This document shows positions 15,792 through 23,254 of a stretch of DNA of 23,254 nucleotides, one piece after another (position 1 is the stretch's first letter; each line of letters begins with the position of its first letter). A program made the position numbers and the translations under genes. Source of the stretch: Candidatus Hydrogenedentota bacterium (GTDB lineage Bacteria > Hydrogenedentota > Hydrogenedentia > Hydrogenedentales > SLHB01); NCBI GenBank assembly GCA_029974275.1, contig JARKSN010000341.1:1-23254 (forward strand). Direction: 5' to 3'. The notes below the pieces were generated by a model. It did no database searches. It worked only from the letters and a program-made list of their open reading frames with translations, and had not been told where the DNA came from.

Positions 15792-16616
15792 ATGGGTCAG
15801 GTGGGTATTGGCATTAACATGGAATTTGTGCGGCATGAGGACAAATCGTTCGAATGGGGCGTCAGAAAGGCCGCCGAATTGGGCTATGCATACGTCGAGC
15901 CGATGGTGCATTGGGGCCGGGAATTGTTGAGCGAGGCGGGGTATTTCCATAGCGTCTCGATGTTGGACGATCCGTTGCGCATCAAGCGGGCCTGCGAGGA
16001 GGCGGGGGTGAAGCTTTCGGGGCTGTCGACCCATACCCCGTTGTGTAAACCGGAGATCAGCACGGAATACCTGAAACAAGCCATTCGTTTTGCGGCGGAG
16101 TGCGGAGCGCCGGTGGTCAATACAGACGAAGGGCCCAAGCCGCGCTGGACGACCGAGGCCGAGGACTTTGTCCTGATGCGTTACGTCTTGCAGGAAGCCG
16201 CCTTGGTGGCGGAACCGCGCGGCATTCTCATCGGCATCGAGCCGCACCAGCAGTACAGCAAGCGCCCGGATGGTCTCGATCGCATCGCGGGGTTGGTGAA
16301 GAGCCCGGCTATCGGCATCAATTTCGACACGGGGAATAGCTACCTGTGCGGGCACGACCCCTACGAATGGTTGGAGCGCGTGAAGGACCGCTTGGTCCAT
16401 CTGCATGGCAAGGACATTTCGCTCAGTCAGTCGGATACCGAGCGCGGCAAAGTGACGGGAACCCCCGTTGGCTGCGCCTGCGGCGAAGGCGTCATTGATT
16501 GGAAACGCGTCATCGATATCTGTCGAACCGCCCCCCGCGACATCGTCCTGTCGGTCGAGTGCGGAACGGTTGATCAGGCGGAACGGAGTATTCGGCATTT
16601 AAAGGAACGGGTGTAA
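15792..16616 (+). CDS. Xylose-isomerase-like TIM-barrel protein (sugar phosphate isomerase/epimerase family)
   Basis: Metal-ligand pattern IGIEPH, INFDTGN, VHLHGKD, GEGVIDW, LSVEC. RBS AGGAGG; alternative TTG start at 15786. Confidence 0.9.
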   Translation: MGQVGIGINMEFVRHEDKSFEWGVRKAAELGYAYVEPMVHWGRELLSEAGYFHSVSMLDDPLRIKRACEEAGVKLSGLSTHTPLCKPEISTEYLKQAIRFAAECGAPVVNTDEGPKPRWTTEAEDFVLMRYVLQEAALVAEPRGILIGIEPHQQYSKRPDGLDRIAGLVKSPAIGINFDTGNSYLCGHDPYEWLERVKDRLVHLHGKDISLSQSDTERGKVTGTPVGCACGEGVIDWKRVIDICRTAPRDIVLSVECGTVDQAERSIRHLKERV

Positions 16617-16662
16617 GAGGGTTCCCCAGTCGGCAATTCCATTTCATTAAGAAGGAGGATCC

Positions 16663-17736
16663 ATGTCTCAGCCTTTCAAGATCGGTCTCATTGGCGCCGG
16701 GGGCATTTCCGGCCAGCATTTGCGCGCGTTCAAAGGATTTCCCGAGCGGGTGGCGATGACCGCTGTGTGCGACATTAGCGAAGAGGCCGCCCGCAAACGC
16801 GCCGGGGAAGTCGGCGGCGCGACGGTGTATGCCGATGTGGCGAAAATGCTGCGCGATGCGGACATCGAGGCCGTCGACATTTGCACGACGCACGACCAGC
16901 ACGCGGAGCTTGCCTTGGCCGCGATTGCCGCGGACAAGCATGTCCTGCTCGAAAAACCGATGGGATGCAGCATGCAGGAGTGTCGCGACATGGTGGCCGC
17001 GGCTGAAAAGGCCGGTGTTACCGTCATGATTGCGCAATGTCAGCGTTACATGCCGACCTATCGCAGCGTGCGGCGTTTGGTGGATCGCGGAGAGCTTGGG
17101 GCGATTCGCGCCGTGCGCTTCGACTCGATGCAGGACCTCCCCTCTTTTGCGCCGAATGGTCATTGGTTGTGCGACGCGAAGAAGGCGGGCGGCGGCATCG
17201 TGATTTCCGTCAGCGTGCACCGGATCGATCTGATGCGCTACCTCATCGGCGACGTGAAGCGCGTGACCGGCGTGAGCCGCAGCACGACGCCGCTGTTCAC
17301 CAACGGCGCGGAGAATTTCGCGGTGGGGTTGCTTGAATTCGAGAACGGCGCCATCGGCGAGATGTTCGGCACATATACGGGATTCCGCATGCCGTGGGGC
17401 GAGATGTTCATGATTTTCGCGGACGAGGGCACTATCCATGCGGTCCCGCCGCAAGGGCATTATGAAGGCGATTCGGTCATTGCGCTACGCAGGACGGCCG
17501 CGCCCATTGCGGGATGGGAAGACCAATACAACGGCTTCGCTCCGCTTGACGTTGACCGTTCAGAGTTTCCGACGGACGACGGCTTTACCAACGAGATTCT
17601 GCACTTCGCCGACTGCTGTCGCACGGGCAAGGAACCGGACAGCAGCGGTCGTGACAACCTCGGAACGATGGCCACCATTTTCGCCTTCTATGAATCGGCC
17701 CGAACAGGTCAGACGGTGGATGTGAGCACGATATAA
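16663..17736 (+). CDS. Gfo/Idh/MocA family oxidoreductase
   Basis: IGLIGAGGIS, KHVLLEKP, AGGG..SVHRID. RBS AAGGAGG. Confidence 0.94.
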   Translation: MSQPFKIGLIGAGGISGQHLRAFKGFPERVAMTAVCDISEEAARKRAGEVGGATVYADVAKMLRDADIEAVDICTTHDQHAELALAAIAADKHVLLEKPMGCSMQECRDMVAAAEKAGVTVMIAQCQRYMPTYRSVRRLVDRGELGAIRAVRFDSMQDLPSFAPNGHWLCDAKKAGGGIVISVSVHRIDLMRYLIGDVKRVTGVSRSTTPLFTNGAENFAVGLLEFENGAIGEMFGTYTGFRMPWGEMFMIFADEGTIHAVPPQGHYEGDSVIALRRTAAPIAGWEDQYNGFAPLDVDRSEFPTDDGFTNEILHFADCCRTGKEPDSSGRDNLGTMATIFAFYESARTGQTVDVSTI

Positions 17737-17762
17737 AAGTCGGCAAAAAGGACAAAAGCGCC

Positions 17763-18623
17763 ATGAATCTCCTGCGACACATTTATCAGCCCGGCAAAGA
17801 ACTCTCCCTGGCCGACGGTCACACGTCGTTATGGCGGTACCGTTTCGCGACCGACCATCAGAAACCGTTCATTCATCCCCTCACGACGCCGAGCGGTGTT
17901 GCGCTGACCTGTTTTGAACCCTGGGATCACCAATGGCACCGAGGCCTATGGTTTTCCTGGCAGTACATCAACGACGTCAACTACTGGGAAGAGCGCAACG
18001 GCGTTCCGGCGGGCGTCGGCGAGGGAAAGACCGAGTTTGTCGGGCCCGAAGAAGTCTCCCTGACCCCGGAAGGCGCGCGCGTCGTGTCGCGCTATCGCTA
18101 TCTGCCTCCGTCCGGCGGTCCGATCCTGGAAGATGCCCGCGAGGTTTTTTTTGCGATGCCGGAAAACGATCGGTACAGCATCGATTTCAGTCTCGCGTTC
18201 ACGGCAAAGGCAGACATCGTCATTCGGCGCACGCCCGAGGACTGGGGCGGCTACAGCGGTTTCTCGATTCGCACGGCAAGGTCGATGGGCGGGTTCCAAC
18301 TGCTCAACAGCGAAGGCCAGAAAGATGCCGATACCCAACACGCCCCGGCGCGTTGGGTCGATCTGACGGGAAAAGCCGATGGCGGCTGGGGAATTGTCGC
18401 GGGCGTTACCTTTATGGAGCATCCCCACAACCCACGCACGCCCAACCGCTGGAAAACGTTTGGCATGGACGGCTTCGGATACATCAACCCGTCGTTGGTG
18501 ATGCAGGAGCCGCTAGTCCTCAAAAAAGGCGAGAAGCTTTCCCTGCGCTATCGCGCCTTGGCGCATGACGGTCAACTGGATGTAGCAACGCTCGATGCCG
18601 AATTCGCGCGTTTTGCACAGTAG
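17763..18623 (+). CDS. Soluble 'PmoA-like' (PF14100/DUF6807-type) protein, probably carbohydrate-related
   Basis: KPFIHPLTTPSG, DHQWHRGLW, VNYWE, YSGFSIR, EHPHNP, LRYRALAHDG. No TM helices. Confidence 0.8.
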   Translation: MNLLRHIYQPGKELSLADGHTSLWRYRFATDHQKPFIHPLTTPSGVALTCFEPWDHQWHRGLWFSWQYINDVNYWEERNGVPAGVGEGKTEFVGPEEVSLTPEGARVVSRYRYLPPSGGPILEDAREVFFAMPENDRYSIDFSLAFTAKADIVIRRTPEDWGGYSGFSIRTARSMGGFQLLNSEGQKDADTQHAPARWVDLTGKADGGWGIVAGVTFMEHPHNPRTPNRWKTFGMDGFGYINPSLVMQEPLVLKKGEKLSLRYRALAHDGQLDVATLDAEFARFAQ

Positions 18624-18645
18624 GCGTTCCACAGGAGGTTTGGCC

Positions 18646-19134
18646 ATGAGCAAGGAAACCGAAGCGAAACTGACGGAGGGCAAGAAGGCCCCCGGGTTCA
18701 AGCTGGTCGCGCATTCGGGCGATGTGGTTGACTTGGCGTCGTTCAAGGGGCGGCCGGTGATCGTGTATTTCTATCCCAAAGATGACACGCCGGGCTGCAC
18801 GATCGAGGCGAAGGAGTTCCGCGACGCGATTCCGGAATTTGAGAGGCTTGGCGCGGCGGTGTTGGGCATCAGTCCGGATTCGACGGAGTCGCACTGCAAG
18901 TTTGTGGACAAATACGGGTTGAACTTTCGCCTGCTTTCCGATACCGAGCATAGGGTTGCGGAAAAGTATGGCGTGTGGGTCGAGAAGAACAACTACGGCA
19001 AGAAATATTGGGGCGTTCAGCGCGGCACGTTTCTGATCGACCAGGACGGCAAGATCGCGCGCGTCTGGCCCAAGGTTTCGCCGGAAGGACACGCTGCGGA
19101 GGCGCTCGACGCTTTGCGCGCCCTTATGGCGTGA
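18646..19134 (+). CDS. bcp: Peroxiredoxin Bcp/PrxQ
   Basis: VYFYPKDDTPGCTIEA, GISPD, HCKF, RGTFLID. RBS AGGAGG. Confidence 0.95.
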   Translation: MSKETEAKLTEGKKAPGFKLVAHSGDVVDLASFKGRPVIVYFYPKDDTPGCTIEAKEFRDAIPEFERLGAAVLGISPDSTESHCKFVDKYGLNFRLLSDTEHRVAEKYGVWVEKNNYGKKYWGVQRGTFLIDQDGKIARVWPKVSPEGHAAEALDALRALMA

Positions 19135-19158
19135 AGGCGCGCGAACGTCCGCGGCAGG

Positions 19159-19773
19159 TCATTCGAGGAAGGTCGGGTAGGCGTCGGGGGGCACGTCTTG
19201 TTCCAGCGACCAGTAATTGCGAACGGGAAGCGCCCCGTTGATGGCGTGAAGGGGTTTTCCGTCTGCGTCGATGGAATAAACGTAGGTGAAAGAGTTGGTT
19301 TTGAAAATGGAGAATTCGGTGTCCTTCTTGGCGAGTTCGGCGCTGTCGGGCGACTGGGAATGCCGTTGCGGGGTGGCCATCCAGTTGTAGTCGTAACGGA
19401 TGGTGAACGTATAGGGACGCAGCAGGGAAGTCGATCGTTCGATATCGACGATCTCGTATCCCGTGATTTCGCGGTACATTTTGATGTACATCCCCATTTT
19501 CAGTCCGAGGGGATGCCATTTATGGTTGTGGTGCATTGCGCGCGTCTTGTAGATTTCTTGCGCGGCGTTGATGGCGGCCATTTCCTTGCGGGCGAGCGTG
19601 TCGGCTTGACGTTTTAGAAAAGAGACGGTTTGGGGGAGCGGGACGTTGGGATCGGCTTGGGTCGGTGCGGAACACCCCGCGACGAAGGCGATCGCGCTCA
19701 AGGCGCACAGGGCTGCCGCGAGCGCTTGTTTTCCGAGGGAGCATTCCATACGGCGTGATGTGGAGCGTGTCAT
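19159..19773 (-). CDS. Hypothetical lipoprotein
   Basis: The ATG overlaps the upstream stop (ATGA). A hydrophobic stretch ends in lipobox VAGC. Alternative start at 19749. Confidence 0.75.
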   Translation of the reverse strand: MTRSTSRRMECSLGKQALAAALCALSAIAFVAGCSAPTQADPNVPLPQTVSFLKRQADTLARKEMAAINAAQEIYKTRAMHHNHKWHPLGLKMGMYIKMYREITGYEIVDIERSTSLLRPYTFTIRYDYNWMATPQRHSQSPDSAELAKKDTEFSIFKTNSFTYVYSIDADGKPLHAINGALPVRNYWSLEQDVPPDAYPTFLE

Positions 19774-20324
19774 GGGGCGACGGTTCCCTTGCGGACGAAT
19801 TCTCCGGCTTCGTTTTCGTAGAGTTGACCTTCGCGCATGACTTGGACGCGCGCTTCGTGGAAAATGCGCTGGATTGCCGGCAAGGCTTTGCGCGAGAAGT
19901 TGCTGGATTTGAGAATTCCCTCGTAGATGGTCCACCGGTTCGTATTTTCGCCATCGACCAGCAGTGCGTTGGTGTCGCGTTTGCGGAAGGTCGTGGCTTT
20001 TTGGTACTCGGAGCCCGTTCCGACGTCGATGAGGCCGTTGAGTCGTTCCCGCCCGAATCCGGAATCACGGAAGGCGTTGACGATTTCTGCGCGCGCGGCG
20101 CGGGTGCGTATGGCCTGCATGATGTCTTCCGTGTTGACGACGATGCCGTCGCGGTCGGCGATTTGGGGTTGCCGGTCGCCTCGTTGAATGGCGCTTTCGA
20201 TTTCCATGGCTACTTGTTTCATGGACGACTCGGGGAGCGTCGAGAAGTCGGGGGCTATGTTCCGGAGCGTGCTGCATCCGGCAAGCACGCACATCGTGAG
20301 TGCGACGGCGATCGCGTTTCGCAC
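19770..20324 (-). CDS. Lipoprotein, YdbL/DUF1318-like
   Basis: GTG start with AGGAGGA. Lipobox LAGC. Motifs GRERLNGLI, LVDGENTNRWTIY, GQLYENEAGEFVRK. Confidence 0.75.
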   Translation of the reverse strand: MRNAIAVALTMCVLAGCSTLRNIAPDFSTLPESSMKQVAMEIESAIQRGDRQPQIADRDGIVVNTEDIMQAIRTRAARAEIVNAFRDSGFGRERLNGLIDVGTGSEYQKATTFRKRDTNALLVDGENTNRWTIYEGILKSSNFSRKALPAIQRIFHEARVQVMREGQLYENEAGEFVRKGTVAP

Positions 20325-20358
20325 AGGCTATCCTCCTTTTGGGTTCCGGTGGCTGTGG

Positions 20359-22035
20359 CTAGGCGTTTTCGTGTTGATGTCTGGGCGTGAATCCGTCAAT
20401 GGGGCCCGTTTTACCTGTTTTGCCGATGCAGATGCAGTTTTTTCCTTGACGTTTGGCTTCGTAGAGGCCGTCATCGGCAAAACGGATGAGGGCCTCGCAA
20501 TCGAGCATGGCTTCGTGGTCGAGGACGGACAGGCCGATGCTCGCGGTGACCACGAAGTCTTGCGGCATGCCTTGGTATGGTTTTTCCCGCACTTGGCTGA
20601 GCAGACGTTGGGCCTGGGCTTGGGCTCCTTCCAGGCCGGTTTGCGGCATGATGACGACGAATTCTTCGCCGCCGTATCGGGCGACGAGGTCGATCCGGCG
20701 GGTGACTTTGAGGACGCGGGTGGCCATTTCGCGCAGGATGCGGTCGCCTTGCAGGTGTCCGAAGGAGTCGTTGATTTTTTTGAAGTTGTCGATATCGAAG
20801 ATCATGCAGGAGAGCGGCAAGGCGTAGCGCCGGGCACGTTCGAATTCTTCTTCGATGCGGGTTCGGAAGTGGCGGTGGTTGTACAGTCCCGTGAGGCCGT
20901 CGGTAATGGCCAGGAGTTCGAGGCGTTCGTTGGCTTTTTGAATGCTTTCGAAGAGGTGGGCGCGTTCCAGGGCGTTTGAGGCCGCTTCGGCGACGATTTC
21001 GAAGAAGCTGATTTCGCGCGCGGTGAAAGGGGCATGTTTTCGGGCGGCCCGCAGGAACAAGGAGCCGACGTTTGCATCGAATAGGACGATGGGAATGACG
21101 ATGAGGCTTTGGATGTCGGCGCGCCGGAGTTCCGCGGTGAATTCGGCGGTTAGGGGCGCGTGTTGGATGTCGTCGACGATGACTTTGTGGCGCGTGTCGA
21201 GGGCGTGGCGCAGTTCGGGGTATTTGCGCAGATCGATGGCGAGATCGCGCACGTGCTCGTCTTCGTGGGAGGCCAGGACGTGCCCCCGGCTTTCGCCGCC
21301 CCATACGCGCACGACGGAGCAGCGTTCCATTTGCACGACGCGGGCGATTTGTTCGACGAACACGTAGAGGATGTCGTGGGAGCGCCTTCGGGCGGATATG
21401 GCTTTGAGGATTTCGAGGACCGAGAACAGATCGTTTTTGTCCATCGAGATGGTGTGTTGCATGGCGGTCAGGGATTGGGAGAGATGGGCCATTAGGCTGG
21501 TGACGTGCGCCGAGCAGATGTCGGATTCCGGGGCGGCCGGGGCGTATTCCGCGGCTGCGGGGTCGTGTTGGGCTAGCATGGAGGCCAGCCGTTCGACGTC
21601 GGGGCGGTGTCCCGAGCAGTATCCTTGAAAGGCGGCGGGTTGTGGCGCTGCCGTGTTCGTTTTGCCGAAAAGCGCGAAGTTGTGCCGGGAAGAGAGGGCG
21701 ATCAGCAGGCGGTCCGTTCCGGCGAAGTCGGCGGGGGGGACTCCTGCAACGTTGTCGCAGCGCTGCCAGCCCTCGGGCAACGTTCCAAACACGATGACGC
21801 GGCGGGCCACGGCTCGGGCTGCGTCGAGGGTTTCGTGGGAAGCGGCGGTCTCGCCGTCGATGAAGAGGTAGAGGCTATCGCCGGGGTCTCGGGTCGCCAT
21901 GGCCCCGATTTCGGTGGCAAGTTCTTCGTAGACAGCGGCGGCGTCAAACGTCACCCATTTGGTTTCCCTGTTGGGGGAGGCGTTCATGACGTCGAGGATA
22001 TCGTTCCGCGATGCCGGTTTGTCTTTGGGGTCCAT
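20359..22035 (-). CDS. Diguanylate cyclase: N-terminal sensory domain, GAF, GGDEF
   Basis: LAITDGLTGLYN, FDIDNFKKINDSFGHLQGD, RRIDLVARYGGEEF (intact active site and RxxD I-site), YEAKRQGKN. GAF ends in SNALERAHLF. Confidence 0.95.
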   Translation of the reverse strand: MDPKDKPASRNDILDVMNASPNRETKWVTFDAAAVYEELATEIGAMATRDPGDSLYLFIDGETAASHETLDAARAVARRVIVFGTLPEGWQRCDNVAGVPPADFAGTDRLLIALSSRHNFALFGKTNTAAPQPAAFQGYCSGHRPDVERLASMLAQHDPAAAEYAPAAPESDICSAHVTSLMAHLSQSLTAMQHTISMDKNDLFSVLEILKAISARRRSHDILYVFVEQIARVVQMERCSVVRVWGGESRGHVLASHEDEHVRDLAIDLRKYPELRHALDTRHKVIVDDIQHAPLTAEFTAELRRADIQSLIVIPIVLFDANVGSLFLRAARKHAPFTAREISFFEIVAEAASNALERAHLFESIQKANERLELLAITDGLTGLYNHRHFRTRIEEEFERARRYALPLSCMIFDIDNFKKINDSFGHLQGDRILREMATRVLKVTRRIDLVARYGGEEFVVIMPQTGLEGAQAQAQRLLSQVREKPYQGMPQDFVVTASIGLSVLDHEAMLDCEALIRFADDGLYEAKRQGKNCICIGKTGKTGPIDGFTPRHQHENA

Positions 22036-22085
22036 CGGTTGCGTGGCGTCTCCTGAGAGCGAATGGTTTTCTATTTTCCGTGCGA

Positions 22086-22114
22086 ATTATGGACGGTGAA
22101 GGCGCGAAAATCAA
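22086..22114 (-). promoter_or_regulatory. Putative sigma70 promoter of the diguanylate cyclase operon
   Basis: Minus strand reads TTGATT-N17-CATAAT, 50 nt upstream of the ATG, with AGGAG in the leader. Confidence 0.6.
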
Positions 22115-22173
22115 GGGTTCGTTTTGTGCGGAGGGGGTGTGGTCGAGGTTAGTGAATCCATGTCATCTTTGGG

Positions 22174-22202
22174 TTGACAGAATGGCGAGGGGGGTCTAGA
22201 AT
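22174..22202 (+). promoter_or_regulatory. Near-consensus sigma70 promoter of the glycine-rich gene
   Basis: TTGACA-N17-TAGAAT. Confidence 0.8.
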
Positions 22203-22333
22203 GAGGATACCTGGGGTGCTTGCGTATCTGAGGTAGATCGCTCGATACTTTTCGCGGGCAGCGTGTGTGCATGCGACGAGGAAGAGGCGCAGCATGTGTA
22301 AGCGGTTTTTCGCTTCAACGTGGGGAGCAAGTC

Positions 22334-23254
22334 ATGATCATGGCCAGTACCGTTAGGCGCGAGGGCGTGGGACTATCGTGGTGCACGCTGGTGTTGTGGG
22401 CGTTGTTTTGTGTTGTGGTCGCGCCGGGCGTTTCTGCCGTGGCGGATGTCTATTTGAGCGATGGGAGCCTCGGAGACGTTAATCTGACCGGGTGGGGTCA
22501 GATTAACTTCAATACAACGACGGGCGACTGTAGCGGGTACAATCCGTCCAGCGTGTGGACCTCCATCGCGACGGGCGTCAATGACGGCGGGGTCATGACG
22601 TGGCGGTTCCGCAACCTTACGCTTCCTGTTGGACAGAATGTCTACATTCTTGGCGATAAACCGGGATCGATTGCCTGCAGCGGCGATCTGGTTGCGCCGT
22701 GCTATTTCCCCACGTGGTATTCCAGCGGTCTGTGCGGCGGCGGCGTGGGCGGCGCGGGCGGCATGGCCGGGGTGGCCGGCACGAAGGGTTCCGGAGGGAC
22801 CCGCGGGACATATGGCAGTGGCGCGGGCGGCGGCGGCGGCGGCAACGGTTGTCCTGGGAATTGCAGCGCGTCGAACGGCGGCGGCGGCAGTAATGGGTAT
22901 GCTGGCGTGAGCGGCGGCAACGGCAGCACGGGCGGTTCGAACACGGCTGGCGCTACGGGATCTTTGGGGTTCAATCAAACGACCGGCGCGGGCAGCGCCG
23001 GCTCTGGGGGAGCGGGCGGATACCAAGCCAATGCCGGCGGTGGCGGCGGCGCAGGGTCTGGCGGCGGCGGCGGCGGTTCGGGCGGATGCGTCCGGCTCGC
23101 GTACGACGGTCAGGCAGGTGGCCGCGGCGGCAACGCCACGAATGATCCGTGGGGGCAGACGCGAGGGGCCCCGGGCGGATCGGGCGCTAATGGGGCGGAC
23201 GGAGGCGTGGGGGGAAATGCCTCTCGCATCAATGATCCGGCGAGCTTGGCCGTA
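22334..23254 (+). CDS. Glycine-rich exported protein (3'-truncated; not in ORF track)
   Basis: Hand translation: GGGGAG RBS, ATG 22334, 307 open codons to the window end. Signal peptide (..LVLWALFCVVVAPGVSA), a beta-rich cap (DGSLGDVNL..TWRFRNLTLP..VYILGDKP), then GGxGGx tracts. Confidence 0.88.
   Translation, partial: MIMASTVRREGVGLSWCTLVLWALFCVVVAPGVSAVADVYLSDGSLGDVNLTGWGQINFNTTTGDCSGYNPSSVWTSIATGVNDGGVMTWRFRNLTLPVGQNVYILGDKPGSIACSGDLVAPCYFPTWYSSGLCGGGVGGAGGMAGVAGTKGSGGTRGTYGSGAGGGGGGNGCPGNCSASNGGGGSNGYAGVSGGNGSTGGSNTAGATGSLGFNQTTGAGSAGSGGAGGYQANAGGGGGAGSGGGGGGSGGCVRLAYDGQAGGRGGNATNDPWGQTRGAPGGSGANGADGGVGGNASRINDPASLAV

Noticed and set aside
17763..18623. Particulate methane monooxygenase subunit A
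   Set aside because: The protein is soluble with no TM helices and no pmoB/pmoC neighbours; the family name is misleading.
22373..23026. Minus-strand ORFs and (GGC)n runs as separate genes, microsatellite or CRISPR
   Set aside because: All are explained by glycine codons of the plus-strand gene; there is no repeat-spacer structure.

Overview
A GC-rich bacterial chromosomal segment with about 20 CDS and no rRNA, tRNA, CRISPR array or transposase. It probably comes from an environmental Gram-negative lineage; Hydrogenedentota-like is only an impression. Left to right: (1) a 5'-truncated TPR-repeat Ser/Thr kinase and an orphan exported protein; (2) a tightly coupled operon of a divergent B12-binding radical SAM protein, a FabF-like ketosynthase with a Cys-His-Gln triad, a possible 54-aa ORF, a membrane GAF-PAS histidine kinase (PrsK-like architecture) and a REC-GAF-PAS paralogous kinase whose phospho-His is Gln, preceded by a sigma70-like promoter overlapped by two NrdR-box-like sites; (3) a PEP-CTERM gene with sigma54 -24/-12, IHF-like site, palindromic enhancer and terminator; (4) an ATPase-less MshEN protein and a 45-aa peptide ORF; (5) a redoxin, a 104-bp MITE-like element and thiL/nnrD (apparently leaderless); (6) a TIM-barrel/Gfo-Idh-MocA/PmoA-like sugar cluster and bcp; (7) two lipoproteins, a GAF-GGEEF diguanylate cyclase and a 3'-truncated glycine-rich exported protein absent from the ORF track. 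The best candidate for an undescribed system is the radical SAM + atypical ketosynthase + kinase/pseudokinase cassette beside the sigma54 PEP-CTERM gene, possibly a self-made acyl signal controlling surface-protein or floc expression. All family calls come from reading motifs by eye; no database search was run.
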